This document shows positions 9,901 through 20,974 of a stretch of 64,000 nt of DNA, in pieces (within the stretch, counting starts at the first letter, position 1; each line of letters opens with the position of its first letter). Where the stretch lies: NCBI GenBank assembly GCA_900617105.1, contig UYFQ01000416.1, forward strand, positions 1-64,000. The letters are read 5' to 3'. The DNA is from Hydrurus foetidus (taxonomy: Eukaryota). Under the pieces are notes generated by a model. That model ran no database searches. It had not been told where the DNA came from and saw only the letters and a program-made list of their open reading frames with translations. The position numbers were made by a program, and so were the translations under genes.

Positions 9901-12167
9901 AGCAAGCACCTTCTTATTTTCAAGAGATGATTGCTACTGAAGTGTTAAATACGTTACTTTATAGAATTTTAGAAATTTATATCGATGACGTTAACATTTT
10001 TGGAAACAGTCCTGACAACTTTGTTGCACGACTGCGAGAATTCTTTTCTCGCGTTCGTCTCCATAAAATGATCCTTAAACCATCCAAATGTTACCTTGGC
10101 TATGCCGATTTAAAATTTGTTGGTAAGGTTATATCACAAGAGGGACTTAGAATGTCCCAGAGTAAAATCCAATTAGTTTTGGATTTTCCTTGTCCTACTG
10201 TATCCAAACAACTTAAAAGTTTTCTTGGATTGGTAAACTATTTCCGTGATTTCATCAGAAATCAGTCTACGATAGTAAGACCGTTACATGCGTTACTTAC
10301 AAATTATCAAAGAACAAAACGGATAGTATGGACACCAGAAGCAACTTCTGCTTTTAATGAAATAAAGGAACAAGTATCGAAATGTACTACCATTCATTTC
10401 ATTAGTGATACTGCACCAATCACTTTGCACACTGATGCATCTGATTATGGTATCGGTGGTTACCTCTTCCAAACTATTGATGGAAAGGACTATCCGGTTG
10501 CATTTGTAAGCAAATCTCTTTCTGGGTCTCAACTTCGTTGGTCCACTATTCAAAAGAAGCTTATGCAATTTACTATTCTTGTATTTTTCTACAATCACTT
10601 TTACGTGATAGATTATTTACAATTCGAACGGATCATAGAAATCTGTTATACATATATAACAATTCTAATCCAATGATTGTTCGGTGGTATGTAGCACTCT
10701 CTGAGTATACATATAAAATTGAATTTATTAAAGGTGTTGATAATAATATCGCCGACTCTATGTCTCGACTATGTCGTAACAATATGATCGACTCACCTAA
10801 GGAATACTCTGCAGATATGATTCTTGCAGCAGCTATTATTCCGAAAATTCAACTCACCGATATGCAATACAATGCTATATCATCAGTTCACAATTCTATG
10901 GTTGGTCATTTTGGACTAGCCAGAACTATGAAACGATTGAAAGCAAATCAACATAAGTGGGAATTCATGGAAAATCATGTTAGATATTTCATTGACTTTT
11001 GCCCACAATGTCAAAAGATGAGTATGATTAAAATACCTATTCATGCTCATCCTTTTACGACTTCGTCGTATTACCCTATGGAATGTTTAAACATCGACTT
11101 TGTCGGTCCATTTCCTGATGGAGGACATATCCTCGTTATCATTGATACATTCACTCGTTGGACTGAATTGTATCATACTACTGATTCAACTGCACTATCC
11201 GCCGCCCAATGTTTAATACAACATTTTGGTCGTTTCGGAGCACCTCATCAGTTAAGATCAGATAACGGTCCCCACTTTATTGCTGACGTAATACGTGAGT
11301 TTTTATCGTTTGTTGGTACTCGACACTGTTTAACATTAGCTTACTCTAAGGAGGAAAATGCTATTGTTGAACGTATGAACAAAGAGATTAACCGTCACAT
11401 CCGATCACTCACATACGACAACACTTCATTAGAAGATTACAAATTAGCTTTACCTTTCGTTATGAGAATAATTAATTCAAATCATAGTGATCGTTTAAAG
11501 ATATCTTCTGCACAATTACTGTTTGGTAACTGTGTTAATCTTGATCGTGGTATGTTCCGTCCAATTGACGAAGTTCCTCCTTCAAAGAAATCTATGTCAG
11601 TCTATATGAGTAACCTTCTCAAGACACAAGATAGTCTTAGAAAAGCAGCTGCTAAAGAACTTCTTCGCACTGACTTACTTCATATGACACATAAAAACAA
11701 TTACAACATACGGATTACCAACCCGGAACGTATGTATTGGTACATTACCGTACAGGTCACCCGCCTACACGTCTTCATACGTTCTGGCGTGGTCCTATGA
11801 GAGTTATTTCCGGATCAAATTCAAGGTTTACCCTTTATGATCTTATCTCTCATGTCGAAAAGAATATCATGTTTCAGATATGAAACCTTTTCTTTTTGAT
11901 CCACTACGTGTTGAACCATTAGACGTTGCTCGTCATGATTATATGGAATTTTATATTGAGAATATCCTTGAACATCGTGGTGACTTACAACGCAAAACTT
12001 CGTTAGAATTCCTTGTCAAATGGTTAGGTTATGCCGATGAACACAATTCATGGACATCCTATGCCAATCTTCGTGATACCGAAAAATTACACGAATACTT
12101 GACATCTAACAATCTTCAACGTTTAATACCTAGAAAGTTTACAAACGTTGTAGATACAAATATATAA
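6966..12167 (+). CDS. gag-pol: Gypsy-2 Gag-Pol polyprotein with chromodomain (three single-A deletions)
   Basis: CCHC knuckle CVGCGRSNHTISVC, protease LIDTGS, RT YIDD (9978-9989), RNase H TDASDYGIGG, integrase HHCC and DDE (NIDF, SDNG, VERMN), GPY/F-like WRGPMRV, chromodomain IENILEHR...FLVKWLGY..EHNSW. Frames shift at A-runs near 10553, 11695 and 11860. Confidence 0.93.
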
Positions 12168-12482
12168 TACTAAACAATATCCATGATGGATTTCAACCCT
12201 ATTTTTGTTTGTTGTCGGTCAACATTCTTTTTGGGAGTTTTTAGTCAGTAAGAGTCTGACATAATTGTTTAGATATTATACCCCGACTCTAAGGAGTGCC
12301 GCCGATGAAAATCGTGTCAACAACATTTTGATTTTCATATCCACACATACTACCAAATCTTTGACGATAGATAGGCGTATGGGATCCCTGAATAATTTGA
12401 AGTGGCACCTTTTTCAAATGAGCTATACGTTACCACATGTATTTTCACTCACATTCATTTTCTTTCACTTAACTTAAATTTT

Positions 12483-12498
12483 AAGGAGGAAGGAGTAG
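12483..12498 (+). promoter_or_regulatory. Polypurine tract of Gypsy-2
   Basis: AAGGAGGAAGGAGTAG immediately 5' of the 3' LTR. Confidence 0.85.
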
Positions 12499-12771
12499 TG
12501 TAGCCTAGCACGTACGTTCACCGTACGCTTCGTATACGTTTGTATATATTCACGTATGTATATAATTCACGCACCCATAGTCTATTTTCATCCACATCAA
12601 CTGTCCACCGGTAACGGACGCTCATCAGCATCAGCACCCTTGTAGCCTATCGTTTGTGTCTGTTGTTAGCTGCTTGCTCGCTTCTTTCACAAACTGTAAC
12701 TAACCTAACAGTTTACTCCAGCATACCGTCTTTACCCGGATTCTTCGTACTCGAATCCGGCCGCGACTACA
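12499..12771 (+). repeat. 3' LTR of Gypsy-2
   Basis: Direct repeat of 6593-6865, followed by TSD TCAC. Confidence 0.97.
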
Positions 12772-13477
12772 TCACCTGTTCATCGAATCTATTCTTGAAA
12801 GTGACGATATGCTCTCGCTCACCTTGCCTCATAGAGCCGTACGAACTCTCCTGTTCGTGTTGATTGTACTCTTGCAGTGACTCGTCACCTCCATACATGT
12901 GTGTGAGGTGAGTTCTTCTGATGAGTGTCCACAGTAGGACGCAATCCAGAGTGTCGTACGCGATCTTGAAGTCTTGTTCTTCTCTGACCCTGCTCTGCGA
13001 TTGTAGCGACATGCGCTTCCACATCATAGGGTACATCGTACGTTCGTTCTCTTTTTGAGTTTTTAGGTCTCTCTTCCTCTGGATGTAATCGTCTTCTTTA
13101 AATTTCGCTCTCGAGCGTTCCGACGCTTTACGTCTCCTTTCGTTCCTTGCCAGCCTAGCGGTGACGCGAGCAGGTCTCGCAGCGGCGTACGCTGCGGCCT
13201 CTGGGTCGACTACTGGTGCCGGTTGGCCCTCTGCCGCTTCTTCCTCTTCTTCAGAGCTCGAGCTTTCCGACGATGAATCTGCAGGGTAATCCCTGTATGA
13301 AACTCTCGGAAGCTCATATCTCACGTTTGTGGTGAAGAACATGCCCACTATCCCGTATAGTTCGGTCACGACCGTCTGCATGTGCTCTCTCCATTTAATT
13401 ATATCGTTGTGTTTGCCGTATTGAAGCGTACACTCCTCTGTACTTTTCAAGGCTTCTGCGGCGCGTTTAGGAGGCAT
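12772..13477 (-). pseudogene. Copia A gag N-terminal half
   Basis: ORF MPPKRAAE...KNRFDEQV, cut exactly at the Gypsy-2 3' LTR/TSD. Confidence 0.85.
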
Positions 13478-13609
13478 AAGAATGCCTGTTGCAGTCAATT
13501 ATGTTGACGGATCTTCGGTTTGGGTCACACGTACGGCACTCGGTGTACACTGGTTGAAGATCGCTCGGTCAAGACTCGTGGAATAAGCTTTGTATAAGCA
13601 GTAAACACT

Positions 13610-13737
13610 TGTTAATTGACTGTGCTTCATCCCTGCTGAAGTCCCCGAGTCCCTCTCAACGCAACAACAAAAGTCATTCCTACTCTACGCTTGAAGTACA
13701 GAGACGATGCACGGGTTCGTCCATCGTCGACACGCAT

Positions 13738-13782
<45 letters not shown>

Positions 13783-13857
13783 AATTAATCCGTACGTCCG
13801 TAAGAATGCATAAGTACACAGATTGTGTCCGTGTCATATACTACGATATCTCCAACA
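13610..13857 (-). repeat. Putative 5' LTR of Copia A, containing a (CA)n microsatellite at ~13740-13779
   Basis: Minus strand TGTTGGAG...AATTAACA termini upstream of gag; no second copy in the window to confirm. Confidence 0.55.
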
Positions 13858-13870
13858 TACGGTACGTATT

Positions 13871-16800
13871 TGTTGGCGCTTGTGTCGGAATAACCGTGTG
13901 TTAACTAACCGTATAAGTCATTGCGTACGTACGCTTGATGACGTTCCACCGTCGTGTGCTGTGTGGGGGTCGCTACTCCACACGGTCCAAGTTCCTTTTA
14001 ACCCAGGAACATCGAAAGCAATGAAAGTACACCATGTTTGACTGTGCGGGACAGCGCGATCTTGTCGGCTGTCTCCATGAACAATGTAAGACACGTTGCA
14101 TTATTAATTACCTTTAACCTCACAAACGGCAGAACTTTCTCTTCGAGCCGAGTCAGTTGCTAGCTACTGTGCAGAAGTTGCAGAAGGAGAGCATACGCAG
14201 GAAGATCTAGTACGATATTCAGTGAGACTGAAAGCCAACCGTACGACATAATTAACAATTGCTTTCAAACTTGCAACTTGCAATGAAAGGCAGAGGCAGA
14301 GGCAGAGGCAGAGGCAGAGGCAGAGGCAGAGGCAGAGGCAGAGGCAGAGGCAGAGGCAGAGGCAGAGGCAGAGGCAGAGGCAGAGGCAGAGGCCGAGAGC
14401 ACAACCCCGCAGGCGGCTGAGCAAACCCTGCCAACAGTGGCAGAGGGAATGCTGGCCGTGGTGCGAAGCCTCCACCAAGAACAGGAACGGTAGCCGCGAT
14501 TGGCGCATTCCTGGATCTTAGAAGAGAGATGAACCATGGTAGCGTAAGCACATGGATGAGAAAGTTCCGCGAGTATACTCGCGCGAACTACAATTCAGAT
14601 ATCAGTGAGATATTTGGCAACGAGGGCATACCGGGTGATTACCCGCAATATGTCGCTCCGGTCGACATAGCAGCCGATGTGGGCTTTATGGTAGCAACGA
14701 AATGGAAGCGAGCATTGGAGCTGTACGATAAGAACGTCCTGACTCTGAGAGAAGACCAAAAGCAAGTCTTCGGACTTATGCTAGGTCAGATTAGCGAAGC
14801 GTCAAAAAGGACGTCGAAACGGGCCTCGCAGCCATGACTGCAGAAGACCCATTGTTGCTACTGCGAGCAATCATCCAAACACATCTCAGCGACCCAAGAT
14901 TGGGTGCGGACCAGAATCTACTGCGAGTCAGAATGGCCTACGAGACTGTTAAGATGGAGCAGAACGACGTACTTAAGTACTATAATCAACGGTTCAAAGC
15001 CCTTAAGGCAGGGTACAAAGATACGATGCGGGCTTTAGGGGTCATGCCCGATTATAACGAGGCAATGACCGCACACAATGAGGTACTTCGGGAATGAAGT
15101 TTATGAACGGACTGAACGCCGGGTACCGCCATTATGTAGAGTACTACGAGCATAGGCTAAAAGACTGGCCAGACACTCTCGAGGACGCGTACCTCGAGAT
15201 GGCCAAGGTAACACCGAAGAAATCAGCCGCTGCAACACCACCCAACCAGACCAATGTTTTCGCGACGAAAACGGCTGGCGGTGAGAAACCATCTGGGGCT
15301 GAGAAAGGGAAAGCCAATGGGAACGGGGGCAGAGGGAAGGGTGGGCGTACGTCGTACGGCACCCGTCCCAGAAATTGTAATAAGTGCGGTGAAGCCGGAC
15401 ACTACTCTAATGAGTGCACGGCCCAGGATAGCAAAGCGGCTGCACCAGCAGCCAGTGGAAAATTGGTAAACTAAATCAGATACATTATTCCTCACCCGTA
15501 CACTCACCCACACCCACATCTGCACATACACCTGCACTTACATTTACACACACCCCCATACACACCGATCCTCCATGTTTGTCTGATCCCACTAGCGGGA
15601 TTGAAACATGTGCTCATAACATATATAACACGATTAGAAGTGGACACATACTGCTTGATAAATGTGCTGGTGAGTCGGTTTTCAACGACTCATCCCTGCT
15701 GCACAATGTCGAACACGCACCCACACCCATGATTGATAGCGGGGTGAATCCGAAAGGAAAACCGCTAATAATCAAGAAACGTGGGGTGTCGGCGTTCGGC
15801 AATGTTTATTATAGCCCTGACTGTGCTGGTAACATATTGTCCTTTGGTAATGCTGTACGTGACTGTACTGATGTTCAGTGCTTACACGACTATGATTGTT
15901 ACATAGTGCAAGATGTCAGCGGAAAATATTTTTATAGATTCTCACTAGATGAGACTATGAATATATACCAATGTAATCTTGACACTATGGTAACAGAATG
16001 CATGCCAATTAAGTTACGACAGTAGAACAGAATAAGAAGAAGTGTACAGTGAGAGAAGTCAGAGACGCGTCGTTAGCTAGAAACTATCAGCGTAGATTAG
16101 GATACGCTTGCGCAGCACAGACTATTAAGTTGATATCCCAAGGGAACTTGACTAACAGCAAAATGACTGCGCGAGACGTACATAGAGCCATTGATATATG
16201 GGGACCGGACGTGGGATCCCTTAAGGGGAAGATCACTAGCCACCAGGCCAAGTTAGAAGAGAAGTTACTATTGATAGGTATAGAGTACAAGACAGAACAA
16301 ATTATGTACGTAGATATAATGTTCGTCAACCACGTACCATACCTAGTATCAGTTGTTCAGCCTATCAAGTTCCTATACGTTAGTAAGTTAGCTTACAGAG
16401 AACACAAGAGCATATAGAACAGTTTAAAGACTTCATTAGCAAGCATGGTAAAGTACAGATTCAGAGTTAAAATGATCCGAGTAGATGGCGAGGGTGCAAT
16501 TAACACAGAATGGTTTCAGAACAAAGTCGGCTTAAGAGGTATAGTATTAGACGTTACTGGAGCCGGAGAAGCCGTAGCCGTAGTCGAGCGTAAAATACGA
16601 CACATAAAGGAGAGAGTTAGATCAGTGATTAATTCTCTGCCATTCTCATTAAACGAGAAACTAGAAGTGTGGTTAGTTAAGTATGCAGTCAGTAGAATTG
16701 TATTCGCTCCCACACGCAACTCACTTAACCACATCAGCCCGAGAGAAAAATTAACCGAAAGAAAGTTAGACGTAGGTAAGGAGATAAAACATGGTTTTGG

Positions 16801-17360
16801 TGATTATGTCCGAGTGCATAATGGTGTAATTGATAACTCCACCAGACCAAGAACAGCCGGGGCCACAGCACTTATGAGCTCCGGTAATCTAGAAGGTTCA
16901 TGGTACTATATGCTGTTAGCTAACGAACGTATTGTTAAACGTACTAAGGCAACTGTACTACCCATGTCTGATGAAGTTATATTACACTTGAATGTATTAG
17001 CTTTAAATAAACTGCCAATGTTAAACAGCCTGTATTTGAGAATAGTAGTCACATTGTATTCGATGATAACGACGATGTTGAAGATGATAGTGCTTACATT
17101 GGTGATGTCGACTATGAAACTGTCGATGAAAATGCTAACGCAAACTACACCGATGAGATTATTGAAGATAACGATCACAATGATAACGACACATATCTTG
17201 AATCACAACTCGACATGTCAGATGAAAATCACCCACCCACATTAGATGAGTACGTAGATGACACACTATATGTGAATGACACTACATATGACGATGACGA
17301 ACTAAATTATGATGACACACATGATGATACAAATGTGCCCACACCCAAATATGATCAAGC
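13871..17360 (+). mobile_element. Ty1/Copia LTR retrotransposon (Copia B), decayed and 3'-truncated (no RT or RNase H)
   Basis: Putative LTR 13871-14083 (TGTTGG...GAACA). Gag from ATG 14283 with knuckle CNKCGEAGHYSNEC ending at 15474, protease HILLDKCAGESVF..FGNVYY..GNILSF, integrase (YVDIMFVN, RVDGEGA, VERKIR), then an acidic linker where similarity stops. Several stops and frameshifts. Confidence 0.87.
14289..14396 (+). repeat. (GGCAGA)n hexamer microsatellite encoding poly-Gly-Arg at the Copia B Gag N-terminus
   Basis: About 17 perfect GGCAGA units plus GGCCGA directly after ATG AAA. Confidence 0.9.
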
Positions 17361-18573
17361 GTTGACGCGTACTTTCCACGGCAAATCTTTCAGTTTCTTG
17401 CAGCTGCTTGTGCATGTCTTTCGTCGGCTAGTTTACCGTAGACAGCACTTTGTTTAAGCAAATTCGGGTGATAAAATTTAAAGCTAAAAAGTCTTTTTCA
17501 CCCCGTAGCCAGCCATGCCTATCATGAAATGTTGTGTGATTGTGTTATAAGTGTGTTACCCGACCACAAGTGTGCCCGGATGGGTGAAGGTGATCGCTAA
17601 CCCAGACCAGTTCCCACACTGCCCAGTTGGCCAAGTAAGGCAAAGTACACGGGGTCTGAGTCATAGGGGGAGCCACCGGGCGCACGAGTGCACCCCATGT
17701 AGGGTAATATCGGCTTAACTAATAAGATGGGTATATGGTCTAGTGGAAGTACGTACATTCAATTCTTGTGAAGGGCATCTCAATACGTTTCGTAGTGTAC
17801 GGACAGAGGCTCTGGACGAGCACGTACGGCATTCCCAGTGCGTACATCACGCGACGTACATAATATGTTACAAAGGATAATTCGGAATCTTCCGTACGTA
17901 CGCTAAGTAGGACACGTACCTTTTTTGTGACGGTGTGCATACGGCGAGAAACATAGAGTGGTTTACCTATTGTTTCTTAAATTTCAATTAAGAGCACACT
18001 AAATTTCCTGGGAATACGGATTTAAGTATCAATATCTGTATTCCGTATACGCCTTATGTTATCGTGTATATAGGGTTCATAGGGCCCATATAAGTCAATA
18101 ATGACAGTTCGGGATGAAGCGGCGAAAGCGTTTTAGCAATATTGATGAACATATTAAGATATTACTTATTACTTAAAGAGAGAATGTTGATACCATGATG
18201 AATCAATCATAAATATATCATCGCTAGATGCATTATCATAGAACACTTTTAAGCATTTGACGTCAGATTCGGATGGTTGACTGCCTTCAATTTCGGCGCC
18301 GTGGCCATAATGGCTGTGCAAGTAGTTATCGAGTTCTTACCAAGACTCGAGCAGCCTGCTATCAATTGTCGACTCTTGAGTTGCTAACGGACTCTCGACC
18401 TCCTCAATCGGTGCAACCTCCATAATCGGTGCAAGAACAGCTTTTGAAACGAGTACTGATATCAAATAATCCGCTTGTTCTGATGATCAGTAGTTGCTGA
18501 ACAATTTTGATCCTTGTCAATGCCCCATACCTCCTGTTCAGCAGCTTACAGTGCACCAAGGTGTGGCCGTATC

Positions 18574-18663
18574 TAACCGTTTACGATAAAATATTTTACC
18601 GGAAACGAGAAAATTTAGCCGGATCCCGTTAAAGTACCGTATAAGGAAATTCGTAAACGGTTA
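18574..18663. mobile_element. Possible miniature inverted-repeat element (piggyBac-like ends)
   Basis: Perfect 13-bp inverted repeat TAACCGTTTACGA / TCGTAAACGGTTA; CTAA on the left and TTAA on the right of the CCG-starting ends. Confidence 0.4.
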
Positions 18664-19348
18664 ATTGAATACGAATTTTTACCCATTTCCGTGTATTTCA
18701 GCTAATTAATTCTATTTAAGCACAGGGGTAGCACCCAACATTTAGACCCCCCTGGTTTGAAGCCTTTCCAGTCATCAGAAGAAATAAAAAAATAGCATAC
18801 ATTTTTCTTCAGACACAGACGAGTTCAAAAACGTACTCAGAATTAGAGTGTGCTAAAACCTCAGGGTCCTAGAATTTTTTGAAATCAGGTGTGCTTATAA
18901 AGGTAAACCACTCTACGGCCAACCGTAGAACGCTTGGAAATGTAGCCGCGTAAAGAAAGAGAACCGCCTAAAATTCTCCAAAAAGTTATTTCTGGGTGGT
19001 GGTGCGTATAAATTTCATAAAGCTGGAGGTGCATGCTCCAGATTTGAAAAGTCAAGGCACAATAGGTAAATTTTTGTTTTGAAATACCTACACAGCATTT
19101 CAGCATTACATTTTGTCGGGCGGGGAAGATGCTGGGGATCAATTGTCGAAATAAGATTGGTTATCCGGACGCCAGAAAAAGTCTATGGAAAGCAAAAAAG
19201 GTTGAATGCAACAACAACAAGTGGCATGTTGATGTAATTACTCGAAAATTTAGAGAGCATGTATATAATATTGAAAATAGTCAAACTACACAAGTCAACG
19301 ATTTCTTAGATTAAGACGGTATAGAGTTAATGTCGCACCGAAATGTGT

Positions 19349-20974
19349 TCAAGTGGATTGCGCTGTATCTATTGCAGGCTCATCGGAATCTTGAAACGTC
19401 TCCCTGACGAAAACTAACTCACGCAATATTCTTATTACCAAAAATGATCCAAAAAAGGACGGGATGCCTTTTCGGAAAAGGATGCTATAAGCAGATCCGA
19501 TGAACAGAACTTGCCCAGGTGGTAGCACTTCTCCTCCGGCCCATGCTGCAGCAGAGAGGGCAGTGTTGCATCCTAACGCAGTTATTCTGCTTAGAAACCG
19601 TATGAACTGAGTCCCTTTGCCTCCACCGCCAATGTCTTTAAATGCTGCTTGACCGACCACATCATTTACAATCCTTGAGAAAAATCTGGTGAATTTTCCG
19701 AACAGTTCTTTTTCGAAGAAGAATGACGTCATCTGGCTGCCATCCGGATATTTCTTGCGAGTTCTTCTGCCTGCACCTGGTGACACTCTACGAGTCCTCT
19801 CTCCATCTGGATATGCCCTCGAAGACACAGGTCTCTGATTGTCTCTCGTGTCAACAACATGGCCGGTTGGGATGAAATTGCGGCCGAAATCATTGTCCTC
19901 ATCGAAGTGCTCCACTCCACTGTTTGTTCTGTCAACAAGAAGGGAGTCGGCTAGTATAGCAGCTAAGGACGAGCGAGGAGAATATTCTGGAACCTCCACA
20001 CCTCTGTAAACAAGCAGCTGGGCTATCTCGCTCCTAGTCTTGTTCCTCGCCCACCGCATGACATCATCAAAGGTAGACAACTTGCTAGCGACTGCTAGCT
20101 GCTCAATTATTTCCGTTTCACTCAGAGGAATAGCAATTACTTTCCCCGAAGTTCCCCGCTCAACTTCTGCATTAGATGAAATTTCGGATGTCAAAGCCTG
20201 CGCCTGCTGCTCCATCTTTGTGAGACCGATATTTTTCACAAATTCTTGAGCACTGCTTAACTTTTCATTCAGTATTTGCTGATTTTTAGTGTACGTAACA
20301 TTCGCTATCTCAGATGGAATTATTGCCCCGACATTCTCAACAAATCTAGTGTACACTTTTTTCACATCCGTAGCAACTTCACGCAGAGCAACAATCTCTT
20401 CGCTATCAGCACTTTTCTTCGGCTCTGCGAATTTCATTTTGATTTCTGCAGGGGTCGGAATACCCAGCCTTGCCAATGCCAATTGGTACAGAAGATCTCC
20501 AGACATATCGAATATAACGTTCAGTGATTGCAACTCCCGAGCCATCGAGATATCAGGCATTCTGGATTTTCTTATCTTCGATATTTCGTTATCTATAAGA
20601 TCAGCTCTATCGCCCCTCATTCTTGCAATCTGCTCGCTTTCCTGTCGCTTCTTGATCTTCAGCTTGACTCTCTCTTTTGCGAGAATACTTTCCAGTACAG
20701 ATTTGTCAACAAAAGTTCTTGACTGAACGCCCATAGAAGTCAGTTCAGTCTTAATACTAGTTGAGTTCATGGATTTGATTGTCAACAATTCTGATGCGAT
20801 CAATCCACGCATTCTTGGATCAGATTCGAAAGGATCATAATTAATCTGGCCACTTGAGACTTTGAAGACATATCGAGAGACCCTGGCACCTCTGTGAAAG
20901 TTCTGGTGCTGCAGGAGTGCAGATATGTCTTGAGAAATGACGAATAGCAGAATTGCAAAATAGAAAATCACCAT
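19349..20974 (-). CDS. Intronless protein with signal/transit-like N-terminus, three SAP/LEM-like helical motifs and a hydrophobic C-terminus; possibly plastid membrane protein
   Basis: ORF of ~540 aa. Hydrophobic MVIFYFAILLFVISQDISA followed by a basic/Ser-rich segment; motif SMNSTSIKTELTSMGV..FVDKSVLESIL. Confidence 0.75.
   Translation of the reverse strand: MVIFYFAILLFVISQDISALLQHQNFHRGARVSRYVFKVSSGQINYDPFESDPRMRGLIASELLTIKSMNSTSIKTELTSMGVQSRTFVDKSVLESILAKERVKLKIKKRQESEQIARMRGDRADLIDNEISKIRKSRMPDISMARELQSLNVIFDMSGDLLYQLALARLGIPTPAEIKMKFAEPKKSADSEEIVALREVATDVKKVYTRFVENVGAIIPSEIANVTYTKNQQILNEKLSSAQEFVKNIGLTKMEQQAQALTSEISSNAEVERGTSGKVIAIPLSETEIIEQLAVASKLSTFDDVMRWARNKTRSEIAQLLVYRGVEVPEYSPRSSLAAILADSLLVDRTNSGVEHFDEDNDFGRNFIPTGHVVDTRDNQRPVSSRAYPDGERTRRVSPGAGRRTRKKYPDGSQMTSFFFEKELFGKFTRFFSRIVNDVVGQAAFKDIGGGGKGTQFIRFLSRITALGCNTALSAAAWAGGEVLPPGQVLFIGSAYSILFRKGIPSFFGSFLVIRILRELVFVRETFQDSDEPAIDTAQST

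Larger units (their letters stand above)
6593..12771 (+). mobile_element. Full-length Ty3/Gypsy chromovirus (Gypsy-2)
   Basis: Two 273-bp LTRs (TGTAG...CTACA), TSD TCAC at 6589-6592 and 12772-12775, a polypurine tract before the 3' LTR, and gag-PR-RT-RH-INT-chromodomain. Confidence 0.97.
5304..13857 (-). mobile_element. Ty1/Copia LTR retrotransposon (Copia A), decayed, interrupted by Gypsy-2 and Gypsy-1
   Basis: Gag 12772-13477 continues in frame into 5801-6592 after removing Gypsy-2 and one TSD (..FDEQV|TANAAV..). Then CCHC knuckle CFKCETMGHYARNC, protease C-terminal motif FGTVYY..ANILSF, and integrase (LARMGFP, QVLSIDIMFID, SDGEG-like) directly after the protease, which is the Copia order. 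Stops and indels in 5310-5800. Confidence 0.88.

Noticed and set aside
10540..10560. Programmed ribosomal frameshift inside Gypsy-2 RNase H
   Set aside because: It falls mid-domain at an A-run (IQKEAY motif) and is better explained by a single-base deletion or sequencing error.
14164..14551. Minus-strand ORFs with poly-LC, poly-LP and poly-SA
   Set aside because: Reading-frame artefacts of the (GGCAGA)n microsatellite; the sense frame is the plus-strand gag.
17500..17745. Helitron 3' end or hammerhead ribozyme in a GC-rich hairpin region
   Set aside because: The hairpin GGGCGCAC/GTGCACCC is ~40 nt from CTAG, too far for a typical Helitron end, and there is no CTGANGA...GAAA hammerhead core.
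18240..18570. Coding-like minus-strand stretch
   Set aside because: Interrupted by stops and has no recognisable motif, so it cannot be assigned.
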